Part shown: piece by piece, positions 52,020-64,000 of the stretch | Position numbering within the stretch: the first letter of the stretch is position 1 | How the letters are laid out: each line of letters starts with the position of its first letter | Assembly (NCBI GenBank): GCA_964016885.1 | Contig: OZ024746.1 | Location: forward strand, 79,732,001 to 79,796,000 | Length of the DNA stretch: 64,000 bases | Reading direction: 5' to 3' | Origin: Eledone cirrhosa | Lineage: Eukaryota | Made by a program: the position numbers and the translations under genes | Notes under the pieces: generated by a model | The model's input: only the letters and a program-made list of their open reading frames with translations | The model's database searches: none | What the model was told of the DNA's origin: nothing

Positions 52020-52237
52020 TGTTTTTATGTTAAAAAAGTGGCTCCAATTTGCAAAAATTCTTGTGGTCAAAACAATTTTGATTGGTCGGTAGAGGTCATG
52101 TGAATGTAAAAAATTGATTTTGCGCCAAGACTGTTTTTATGTTAAAAAAGTGGCTCCAGCAAAAATTCTTGTGGTCAAAACAATTTTGATTGGTCGGTAG
52201 AGGTCATGTGAATAAAAAATTGGTTTTGCGCCAAGAT
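52020..52237 (+). repeat. ~111-bp direct tandem duplication
   Basis: TGTTTTTATGTTAAAAAAGTGGCTCCA..TTTTGCGCCAAGA starting at 52020 and 52131. Confidence 0.92.
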
Positions 52238-52261
52238 TGAGAAATGACTCTTTCACAACAA

Positions 52262-52308
<47 letters not shown>

Positions 52309-52398
52309 TGTGTGTGTGTGTAGTAGTAGTAGTAGTAGTAAGGTGTTCGATGTTGTGATAATGGTTAGCAGCGATGTGTGTCAAATGGCTATTAAGAT

Positions 52399-52461
<63 letters not shown>

Positions 52462-52750
52462 GCAGAGTAATTCGTGGTGGCAGGGATGGTCAGTAAGAAT
52501 GTGTCTGAAAGCAATGGGGGGTATTTTAGCATGTCAAAAGATATTTTTCAGCTTTTGTCTTATACGGAGAAGTGCGTGTGTGTGTGTGTGTATATATAAG
52601 TCTCTTTGTATGTTGATGTACGCGTGTGTGTGTATATATGTGTGTGTGTGTGTGGGTGGACCAGTATTTTATTTTATTTTATTTATTTTATTTTTTTTTT
52701 CCCCTGGTAAAATGGTGTACATTATTCGATTTTATATATATATATATTCG

Positions 52751-52827
<77 letters not shown>

Positions 52828-52839
52828 AAATATAACAAA

Positions 52840-52955
52840 GAGGATGGGGTAAGATACCAGGTTGACCATAGTGCACCGGAGTACTCAATACTGGTGGCTT
52901 AGTTCGGATTTAGCTGTCGAAACGACCGGAGCTCAGCTGTCGGTGTCCTGAACTT

Positions 52956-52960
<5 letters not shown>
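52840..52960. mobile_element. Rearranged Penelope pLTR fragment between (TA)n tracts
   Basis: First half matches 5865-5912 (CCAG.TGGAC.ATA..GCACC.GAGTACTCAATACT); second half matches 6000-6043 (TCGAAACG..GAGCTC.GC.GTCGG..ACTTTTTC). Confidence 0.65.
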
Positions 52961-53005
<45 letters not shown>

Positions 53006-53856
53006 TGGGGGGGGGGAGTAAGAGAGAGCAAGATAATCCTATATCAATAAGTGTAATTTCTCTAAATACAAGTTTCGAATGGGAGAATGAAACTACAAAA
53101 TATTAGAAAAATGAAGGAAAATAATGAGATAAAAGATGAAAATGGAGAGGAGCGTATGAATTGTATGATAACTTCGGCTGGATTTATTCTCATAATGACA
53201 ACTTGTCAAAAAAAAAAAAAAAAAATAGAATACGAATACCGATTCTGCATCTCTGCACACCTTACCACTTGCACTCAGAGAGAATTATGATTGGATAGCT
53301 ACAGAAATATTGACCGGAGCGGAAAACAAAATCCTGCGAAGATTTTAATAACCTTTTAATATTATTTGTAAAAAATATAAACTTTAAGAAAATTGACGTG
53401 TGGTGAAATACAGATCATCCAATCCCAGTTAAGGGCTGAATTTGAAACAACATTTTTGGGGAGGGTTTTTTGTTGTGGGTTTTGTTGTTTTTATTTAGAG
53501 CGTAGGAGATGTCCATGAGGGAATCATGACTCTTCTAACTGCTATGCAATCCCCTTTTAACCTCAGAGACTGACATTTATTAATAACTAAAACATCAATT
53601 ATTCACGTTTAAGATTTTTTTAATTTACAAAATCAATTATCTTTAATATAAAAATAATTTCTTTCTCTAAGTAATTATATATTCTTCTTTATTAATAACT
53701 TCAAGTTTTTTCATTAAAAAAAAAAACAATGTCTTTTTTTTTTCTTAGAAAGTACGAGAAAAAAACGTCACGTAGCTTCTAACCTTCTGTTTGCAATCCA
53801 ATTCTTAATTTGTGTATTTCTGTGAAATGTACAAAACTGTAGTCTACGCATTGGAA

Positions 53857-54235
53857 CATACATATATACATACATGTATACATACATATATACATACATG
53901 CATACATGCATACATACATACATACATACATACATACATACATACATACATACATACATACATACATACATACATACATGTAAGCGTACATACATACATG
54001 CATGCATACATAGAAACATACATATATTCATACATACATACATACATACATACATACATACATACATACATACATACATACATACATACATACATACATA
54101 CATGTAAGCGTACATACATGCATGCATACATATAAACATACATATATTCAAACATACATACATACATACATACATACATTCATACATACATACATACATA
54201 CATACATACATACATACATACATACATACATGCAT
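53857..54235 (+). repeat. (TACA)n tetranucleotide repeat
   Basis: Direct inspection. Confidence 0.95.
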
Positions 54236-54368
54236 GATTATATATACACGTCGTTATGTGTGTTTAACTCTCTGTGTACTTGAATACTTGCATATATGTA
54301 TTATGCTGAACTCAGTCCAATTATAAATCAAAATCTTCCCAAGAGTTTTTGCACTTCCTTACTACATT

Positions 54369-54386
54369 CACCGCCAGAGGGCAGTA
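54369..54386 (+). promoter_or_regulatory. Candidate CTCF-binding motif
   Basis: CACCGCCAGAGGGCAGTA closely matches the CTCF core CC(A/G)CCAG(A/G)GGGC(A/G)(C/G); motif only. Confidence 0.35.
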
Positions 54387-54513
54387 GTAGCGAACGCTGT
54401 TGCTATTTGATGTTTTAACATCATCATTACCCGTAATTTCTGGCAAAATGACGAACAGCTTCGTCGTCGTTGTCATTGCTGACATTGTGTTCGTCTTCTA
54501 CACCATAATATGA

Positions 54514-54771
54514 CCCTCCTCCTCCTCTTACTCCTCCTCCTCCCCTCCTCCTCCTCCTCCTCCTCCTCCTCATCATCATCATCATCATCATCATCGTCGT
54601 CATCGTCATCATCATCGTCGTCATCATCATCGTCATCATCATCGTCGTCATCATCATCGTCGTCGGCATCATCATCATCATCATCATCATCATAACTACA
54701 AACAACAGCATCATCATCACCATCATCATCATCATAACTACAATCAATAGTATCATCGTTGTCGTCGTCTC

Positions 54772-54845
<74 letters not shown>

Positions 54846-54857
54846 CAGTAGTGGTGA

Positions 54858-54911
<54 letters not shown>

Positions 54912-55007
54912 CAGTAGTGGTGATAGTAGTAGTAGTAGTAGTAGTAGTAGTATTATTATTATTATTATTAGTAGTAGTAGTAGTAGTAGTAGTAGTAGCA
55001 GCAGCAA

Positions 55008-55088
<81 letters not shown>

Positions 55089-55194
55089 CAGTAGTGGTGA
55101 TAGTAGTAGTAGTAGTAGTAGTAGTATTATTATTATTATTATTAGTAGTAGTAGTAGTAGTAGTAGTAGTAGCAGCAGCAACAGCAGCAGCAGC

Positions 55195-55240
<46 letters not shown>
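54514..55240 (+). repeat. Compound (CTC)/(CAT)/(AGT)/(GCA) trinucleotide repeats with duplicated blocks
   Basis: Direct inspection. Confidence 0.92.
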
Positions 55241-55299
55241 ATTCTCGTCGCCATTATCGTTTTTGGCAAATAGAAAAGCAATAACACCAGAGGTAACTG

Positions 55300-56535
55300 T
55301 CACTACCACCACCATTACCACCACCATTACCACCACCATGACCACTACCATGACCACCACCATGACCACTACCATGACCACCACCATTACCACCACCATG
55401 ACCACTACCATGACCACCACCATGACCACTACCATGACCACCACCATTACCACCACCATGACCACCACCATGACCACTACCATGACCACCACCATGACCA
55501 CCACCATGACCACCACCATGACCACCACCATGACCACTACCATGACCACCACCATGACCACCACCATGACCACTACCATGACCACCACCATTACCACCAC
55601 CATTACCACCACCATGACCACCACCATTACCACCACCATTAACACCACCATGACCACTACCATGACCACTACCATGACCACCACCATGACCACTACCATG
55701 ACCACCACCATTACCACCACCATGACCACTACCATGACCACCACCATGACCACCACCATGACCACCACCATTACCACCACCATTAACACCACCATTACCA
55801 CCACCATTACCACCACCATCACCACCACCATTGCCACTACCATTACCACCACCATGACCACCACCATGACCACCACTATGACCACCACCATGACCACCAT
55901 CATTACCACCACCATGACCACCACCATTACCACCACCATGACCACCACCATTACCACCACCATTACCACCACCATTACCACCACCATGACCACCACCATT
56001 ACCACCACCATGACCACCACCACCATGACCACCACCATGACCACCACCATTACCACCACCATGACCACCACCACCATGACCACCACCATGACCACCACCA
56101 TTAACACCACCATTACCACCACCATCACCACCACCATTGTCACTACCATTACCACCACCATGACCACCACCATTACCACCACCATGACCACCACCACCAT
56201 GACCACCACCATGACCACCATCATTACCACCACCATGACCACCACCATGACCACCACCATTACCACCACCATGACCACCACCACCATGACCACCATCATT
56301 ACCACCACCATGACCACCACCATTACCACCACCATGACCACCACCACCATGACCACCACCATTACCACCACCATTACCACCACCATGACCACCACCATTA
56401 CCACCACCATGACCACCACCACCATGACCTCCACCATTACCACCACCATTACCACCACCATTACCACCACCATTACCACCACCATGACCACCACCACCAT
56501 TACCACCACCATTACCACCACCATTACCTCCACCA
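55300..56535 (+). repeat. 12-bp minisatellite (ACCACYACCATK)n with 15-bp variants
   Basis: Direct inspection. Confidence 0.95.
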
Positions 56536-57094
56536 TCACTACCAACAACGGCAACTAGTATCACCAATGCTGTAACTACCAGCACCACCGTGATCCTCAC
56601 TACCACCGGTACCACCACCAACAGCACCGACACCACAGTCTTTACTGACATCACAACAATCTCCAGCATAACCAAAGCCACCAGCACCACAACTACCACC
56701 ATCATCATTCCCACCACCACCTCTATTACTACTACCACTACCACCACCACCACCATCACCAACCACCACCAATACCACAGACTTTACTAACATCATAACG
56801 ATCTTCAGCATAACCAAAGTTACCACCACCATCACCATCAATACCACCACCACCATTAATACCACTACTACCACCATCACCACCACCACCACCACCATCA
56901 CCATCAATACCACCACCACCATTAATACCACTACTACCACCATCACCACCACCACCACCACCATCACCATCAATACCACCACCACCATTAATACCACTAC
57001 TACCACCATCACCACCACCACCACCACCACCACCATTAATACCACTACCACCGCCACCACTACCACCATTAATACTCTGACCTCACTGCCACTT

Positions 57095-57127
<33 letters not shown>

Positions 57128-57314
57128 GCAACGGCAGCAACAACAGCAGCAGATTCATATGTCAGCAGAAAAAAAGGTAATCACCACCACCAAGTGACAT
57201 GTTAGTTGAATCAGAAGAACATTGAAATGGGTTGTTGGTCGGCATTACTGTATTTTTATTAGAGTCATTTTTGGTGTATTTTTGTTTTCTATTTTGTATG
57301 CTACTTCCTTCTTT

Positions 57315-57349
<35 letters not shown>

Positions 57350-57659
57350 CTTCTTCTTCTTCTTCTTCTTCTTCTTCTTCTTCTTCTTCTTCTTCTTCTT
57401 CTTCTTCTTCTTCTTCTTCTTCTTCTTCTTCTTCCTTCTCACCCTCTCTCTCTCTCTACTATCTCTCTTTCTCTACTCCCTCTATTCGCTCTCTCTCTCT
57501 CTCTCACATTCTCTCTCTACTATCTCTCTTTCTCTACTCTCTCTCTCTACTCGTTCCCTCTCTACTATCTATCTTTCTCTACTCCCTCTACCCGCTCTCT
57601 CTCTCTCACATTCTCTCTCTACTATCTCTCTTTCTCTACTCTCTCTCTCTACTCGCCCC

Positions 57660-57711
<52 letters not shown>

Positions 57712-58099
57712 AGAGAGAGAGAGAGAGAGAGAGTGCGAGAGGTGGGGAGAGAGAGAGGCATATATAGACATATATATAAATATATATATACACATATATA
57801 TATACATATACACACACACGCACGCACATACATATATATATATATATATATATATGTGCGTGTGTGTGTTTGTGTATATATTTACTTATATATGTGTGTA
57901 TGTGTGTGCGTGTGTGTGTATATAGTCGTATTTTATTTATTCACTTTTTTGCCTGTGGTTATTTATTTATTTATTTATTTTTTATATATTGTAGTTGATG
58001 AGAAAAAGGCGAAGAAAAAATAAAAGGAATCAATGAGCGAAGAAAATTAAAGGAATGAAGATAAATAGAAGACACAATGATTAAAAGACAAAATATATA

Positions 58100-58155
58100 A
58101 ATAAATATACAAATAAATTCTAAAAAATAAATATATAGATAGATAGAAAAAATAA

Positions 58156-58188
<33 letters not shown>

Positions 58189-58243
58189 AAGATAAATGAA
58201 TATGCAAATAAATAAATAAATTTATAAATAGATAGATAGACAA

Positions 58244-58322
<79 letters not shown>

Positions 58323-58377
58323 AAGATAAATGAATATGCAAATAAATAAATAAATTTATAAATAGATAGATAGACAA

Positions 58378-58456
<79 letters not shown>

Positions 58457-58660
58457 AAGATAAATGAATATGCAAATAAATAAATAAATATATAAATAGA
58501 TAGATAAACAAATAAATATATATATAAATAAATGGAAAGATAAATAAATATGCAAATAAATAAATAGATATATAAATAGATAGATAGACAAAAAAATATA
58601 TATATAAATAAATAGAAAGATAAATAAATATGCAAATGAATAAATAAATAAATAAATAAG
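58100..58660 (+). repeat. AT-rich minisatellite with AAATAGATAGAAAGATAAATGAATATGCAAAT anchor and variable (TA)n
   Basis: ~5 anchors. Confidence 0.85.
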
Positions 58661-58669
58661 AAAAAAATA

Positions 58670-59450
58670 ATAATTGTTTCTACTTTAGGCACAAGCCCAG
58701 AAATTTCAAGGGGAGGGGAAAGTCGATTAAATCGAGCCCAGTGCATTACTGGTACTTTATTTTATAGATCCCCATAAGAATGAAAGGCAAGGTTAACCTC
58801 GGTGGGATTTGAACTCAGAACGCGAAGAGCCATAACTCTATGCTGCAAAGCATGGCGTCTGACTATCAACCGATACTGCCAATCCCCCGCAATATAAAAA
58901 TATAATAATTGTTTCTAATTTTGGCACAAGGCCAGCAATTACCCCAGTGTATTACTGGTACTTTATTATATCGATCCCCGTAAAGATGAAAGGCTAAGCT
59001 AACCTCGGCGGGATTTGAGCTCAGAATGTAAAGGGACATAACTCTATGCTGCAAAGCATGGTGTCTGACGCTCTACCGATACTGCCAATTTGTTTCTACT
59101 ATAGGCACAAGGCCAGCTATATCCCAATGTATTACTGGTACTTTATTATATCGATCCCCGTAAGGATGAAAGGCTAAGCTAACCTCGGCCGGATTTGAGC
59201 TCAGAATGTAAAGGGACATAACTCTATGCTGCAAAGCATGGTGTCTGACGCTCTACCGATACTGCCAATTTGTTTCTACTATAGGCACAAGGCCAGCTAT
59301 ATCCCAGTGTATTACTGGGGCTTTATATTATCGACCCCGTAAGGATGAAAGGCAAAGTTAACCTCGGCGAGATTTGAACTCAGACCATAAAGGGCCGTAA
59401 CTCTTTGCTGCAAAGCATGGCGTCAGACCCTCTACCGATACTGCCAATCC
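58670..59450 (-). mobile_element. Four head-to-tail SINE copies: one long form (58670-58888) and a ~180-bp-period trimer (58906-59450)
   Basis: TGTTTCTA starts at ~58910, 59091 and 59271; same family as 1732-1919. Confidence 0.92.
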
Positions 59451-60057
59451 AAACAATAATAACAATACACATACATACGTACATACATACATACATACAT
59501 ACATACAAGTGTATATATGTACGTGTATTTGTGTGTGCGTGTGTGTGTGTGTGTGTAAATACAAACACCGATAAAAAAAAATAATATATAAAAAAGAAAG
59601 AAAAGACAAGAAGAAAAAAAAAAGAAGAAAAAAATGAAAAAGAATGAAATAAATGAATAAATAAATAAAAGAGTAAATGGCAGGGAGCAATAATAAGAAA
59701 CGACGGTTAATTCTGAGGAAAGTGTCAACAAAGCAGAATGATCTGCTCTGGGCCAGAATGTAATCTAAAGATAATGGCGTTGTTGTCACGTGGTTTGTGT
59801 GAATGTTACAGTGCAGAGGGAGGAGGAGGGCGGGAGGAGGGGAAGGAAGAGTAGGTGATTTGTGATCGGCTGGTGTAGAAGGTAAGAGGGAGGTAAGGCT
59901 GACTGTTATTAATACTGTTCGGTCATCGACCATAAGTCATACAATTTATCTGATTGACTTTCAGTAGATAATATTAGTACTTCCACATTTCATTTTTATC
60001 AAAGGCATGGACATATTACGAAAATCATACTCCTACCACACCACATCTTTCTCCTTT

Positions 60058-60097
<40 letters not shown>

Positions 60098-60228
60098 TTT
60101 TTGTTTCTTTGTTTCTTTCTTTCTTTCTCCCTTTCTCCCCCCCCCTCTCACTCTTTTTGTACTGTATATACGTGTGTGGATGTCATACAGATTAATCTCT
60201 TTAGAGGTGCCCATGCATATATATCTAC

Positions 60229-60259
<31 letters not shown>

Positions 60260-60263
60260 TGTG

Positions 60264-60312
<49 letters not shown>

Positions 60313-60330
60313 GTGTATATATATATATGC

Positions 60331-60362
<32 letters not shown>

Positions 60363-60377
60363 GTATATATGTATATA

Positions 60378-60427
<50 letters not shown>

Positions 60428-60448
60428 ATGTATATATACATAAATATA

Positions 60449-60553
<105 letters not shown>

Positions 60554-60661
60554 CTGTGTCTACGTATAAGTTTTCGATGATTACACATGCGTACGCAACG
60601 ATTTTAAATATGTATCACACACATGTATACACACATTCATACAACACTACACACACACACG

Positions 60662-60744
<83 letters not shown>

Positions 60745-60837
60745 GTCATATATACACAGCTGCATAAATCTACGTTTGCATATTTTTAAGCCCTGATTAC
60801 ATATAGGCATGTATATCTATATCTATAGTCATTTATC

Positions 60838-61345
60838 TCTGGTGCTGGTATGTGGTGTTGGTGGTGGTGGTGGTGGTGGTGGTGGTGAGGGTGGTGGTCA
60901 TCGGGAGGGTGGTGATGGTGGTGGTGGTGGTGGTGGTGCTAGTGGTGGTAGTGTTGGTGGAGGTGGTGCTGGTGATAGTAGTGGTTGGTGGTAGTGTTGG
61001 TAGTGGTGGTGCTGGTGATAGTAGTGTTGGTGGTAGTGTTGGTGGTGGTGATAGTAGTGTTGGTGGTAATGTTGGTGGTGGTGATAGTAGTGGTTGGTGG
61101 TAGTGTTGGTGGTGGTGATAGTAGTGGTTGGTGGTAGTGTTGGTGGTGGTGATAGTAGTGGTTGGTGGTAGTGTTGGTGGTGGTGGTACTGGTGATAGTA
61201 GTGGTTGGTGGTAGTGTTGGTGGTGGTGGTGCTGGTGATAGTAGTGTTGGTGGTTGTGCTGGTGGTAGTGCTGGTGATAGTAGTGGTTGGTGGTAGTGTT
61301 GGTGGTAGTGCTGGTGATAGTAGTGGTTGGTGGTAGTGGTAGTAC
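60838..61345 (+). repeat. (GGT)-based minisatellite with GGTGATAGTAGTGGTTGGTGGTAGTGTT units
   Basis: Direct inspection. Confidence 0.9.
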
Positions 61346-61554
61346 TTCATCTAAAGCAATGAAGGACGGGAAAGACAAACAAAATGGAGGAGATTGATTG
61401 ATGATAGAAAATAACGAGATAAGATGATGGAAAAATTAATTCGTACCGGAATATATAAATGTTGTGATGCCACGGTGTACAGGGACCTCTCCTGTGTGCA
61501 AGTATGTATATGTGGGCATATGTATGTGCATATTGATGTGTGTGTATTAATAGG

Positions 61555-61603
<49 letters not shown>

Positions 61604-61651
61604 CAAATATATGTATATATATATATATATATATATCTATATACATACAAA

Positions 61652-61733
<82 letters not shown>

Positions 61734-62051
61734 TATATACATATATACATATGTGTGTGTATGTGTGTGTTTTTGCTGTGTTCGCTTTTGTATATGTGTA
61801 TCTAAATCCATGGGAACTTTTCATCTAAACCCTTAGCTATACTTTTTCTTTTATTTCCTTTACGCCTCTCACTCTTTCACTACTTTCCGACTCTCTCTCT
61901 GCCCTCTTCTCTCTTTCATTGACTCCTACATTCTCTGAATCTCTCTCCCCCTCTCTCCCTCTCTCTCTCTCCCCCTCTCTCTCTCTCTCTCTCCCTCTTT
62001 CATTTTCTATTATCTGCCTATTTGTATTTATATGCTGATATATATTGGAAA

Positions 62052-62352
62052 TCTCTGTCGGTTCCGACGCCGAGTGTTCCAGATGTTTGATCTAAGGAAC
62101 AGCCAGTAATGTTAACCTGTAAGTGGTTCAGCATTCCACAGACCAGTACACCCTTAACGTATTTCTCAGTGACCAAGCTGGGCTCTTTGAATCACATGAA
62201 CAACTTGTTTTTTGCCAGCTGAAAGGACTGGGGCAACATGAACTAAAGTGTTGTTGCTCAAAGAGACAACATGACGTTCGCCCCGGGTGTCGATCTCACA
62301 ACTTGATATTTGGGATGCGAACAACCTAAGCACTAAGCAACGCACTTTCACA
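62052..62352 (-). mobile_element. Degenerate tRNA-derived SINE (third family)
   Basis: Minus strand begins GTGAAAGTGCGTTGCTTAGTGCTTAGG..GATCGACACCCG (A/B-box-like), then GTTGT.TCTTTGAGCAA.ACACTTTA; resembles a common octopus SINE. Confidence 0.65.
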
Positions 62353-62444
62353 CATTGATATAAACATGACGGAACACACGCACCTTATCTAAGATGATGG
62401 CCCTCATTCTGTGGTGGCCTAAATATGGGCTTATTTTACTGAAT

Positions 62445-62700
62445 GGTTAATTCAACCCCGATAGTCCTATATATCCCTAAAAAGATGGAATTCTCGTAGG
62501 TTGAATATTTTTTAAAATTATAGATTAGGACTAAACAACATGGGATGTTTCAACTGGAAATCAAATCTGTATAGGTGACTCTGTTCTCCGGAAACTTACC
62601 ATCAAACTACTACATATAAAATATCAATAACATTAAAATTGACCTCTCCTTACAGCATACAAACTTACATTCTATCATGAATTTTATATACTAAACAATT
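62445..62700 (+). mobile_element. Possible very old Penelope ORF remnant
   Basis: FNP.S..VG*IFFKIID and NINNIKI..NLHSI weakly resemble PLE WFNPPYS..IG..FL.LID / FN.N.VKISYS..N..SI. Confidence 0.3.
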
Positions 62701-63309
62701 TTGCCGCGCCAGACAATCAGTCTTTCATTGCCAACCAGATCAACAATAGATTTTGCCACTCTGAATCAGTTAATTGCCTGCTATTTTCCTCCTGATCCAC
62801 TCACTATATACGCCTTCCTCTCTTCATCTGGTCACATATGTCTCACTCCGCCTCCCCAATAACTACTATGTCAAATACTTCACAATTGGACCATCAACCA
62901 CTTTCCATGGAATTATTTTATGATCACTTTTTGCGGCGACACAAGTCGAGCTACAGTTGTTTAATCTGCACATCAATCTCACCGACGATAAGCCTCCATT
63001 GTCAGACGTAGCAGGATATTTGATCGTATCAGTTAAACAAATGGGCCTTGTACGAAGTGGAATATACGCAACGATAGAAAGAATATTTATCGGCGCAAAC
63101 ATGGCTGTGTGGTTAAAGAGTTTGTTTTATAACGACATGGCTCTGCGTTCAGACCAGCAGCACGACACCTCACGGAAACTGCAGAAGCACGTCAGATATG
63201 TATATATATATTCATCTGTATTCATTAATGTAATTGCCATTGTTTTCTATGACTTTAATCCACCTAGCAGGCAATTTAAATATTCCACCGGCATAGAACT
63301 CGGTTGTTT

Positions 63310-64000
63310 TTAAGAAAAGGAATCGTTTGTGTGGGTTTTGTCACCATCTAAATCATTAAATGATTTTCCGTTTAGAGAGGTCTACAGAGACAAAAACAAA
63401 TGATAATCAGATGATGCAATGTCAGAGGAGTATAGTGGATGGGGAAAGACATACCACCCAAGTCCAGGCAACTTTGTACGGGTAGCAAAAGACTCGTGGC
63501 CCAGCATTATTCTGGTGAAACACCAACCCATTTCTGTTGAAGGGCTCTGGCCTCAAGTCCTTGATCTTCTGATTTAAATTTGCAAGGTGACGGCAGTACA
63601 TATCAGAATTGATGCTCTGATTTTGTGGGAGTAGCTCAAAATAAATAATGCCTTTGAAATCCCACCAGACACAAAGCATGACCTTTTAATGAATATTCTG
63701 CTTTGGAAGCTGTTTTGGAGGATCCTCAAGTAAACATCAGGATCTTTTTCTCACTATATTATCGTAAACAATCCACTTTCATCTCCAGTTACCAGTTGTT
63801 TCAGGAAAGGCTTAGTTTCATTGCGTTTCAGAAGCATATCACAGATAGAATACCGGTCCTTTCAGTTTTGTTCTGACAATTTGTGGGGCACCCAAACATC
63901 ATAGCCAGAAACATACACAAGTTTCACTAAGTGTTCGTGAACGGTACTTTTGGAAACTTCTGGTCGTAATGTTCGAGTTTTCTTCAATGGCTACCTTCAA
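63310..64000 (-). mobile_element. Mariner (Tc1/mariner) transposase pseudogene, runs off the window
   Basis: WVPHKL..LVTGDEKWIVYDN..MLCVWWDFKGIIYFELL..FHQNNA..HPLYSSDIASSDYHLF (WVPHEL and YSPDLAPSD motifs); stops and frameshifts. Confidence 0.92.

Noticed and set aside
55142-56762. Gly-rich (GGGH/N)n and Thr/Met-rich ORFs
   Set aside because: 12-bp minisatellite open on both strands

Overview
Eukaryotic, AT-rich DNA made almost entirely of repeats. The SINE families, dense (TA)n/(CA)n/(TATC)n microsatellites and LINE mix resemble an octopod cephalopod genome (inference from recalled repeat consensus sequences, not a search). I found no intact host gene; nearly all long ORFs in the track are translations of simple repeats. 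The largest element is a near full-length Tx1/L1-clade LINE (~10527-16205, minus strand). It has a zinc-knuckle ORF1, a disabled APE endonuclease and an open RT-CCHC frame, and there are two shorter copies of the family. There are also remnants of RTE, Dong/R4, CRE and Penelope retroelements, Chapaev3-like and mariner DNA transposons, more than 10 copies of one tRNA-derived SINE, and a ~12-kb satellite block (30.4-42.7 kb). Most notable: (1) The LINE ORF1 stop codon sits inside a consensus splice donor of a 39-nt GT..AG segment whose removal fuses ORF1 in frame to ORF2. (2) A CDK2-like fragment is fused in frame to the 3' end of a CRE LINE. (3) Minimal hammerhead ribozymes occur, with Penelope fold-backs at or near hammerhead motifs. 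(4) There is a ~1.64-kb palindrome. (5) The Tx1 family appears to target TATC/TC repeats. All alignments and folds were done by eye, and coordinates of degenerate elements are approximate.
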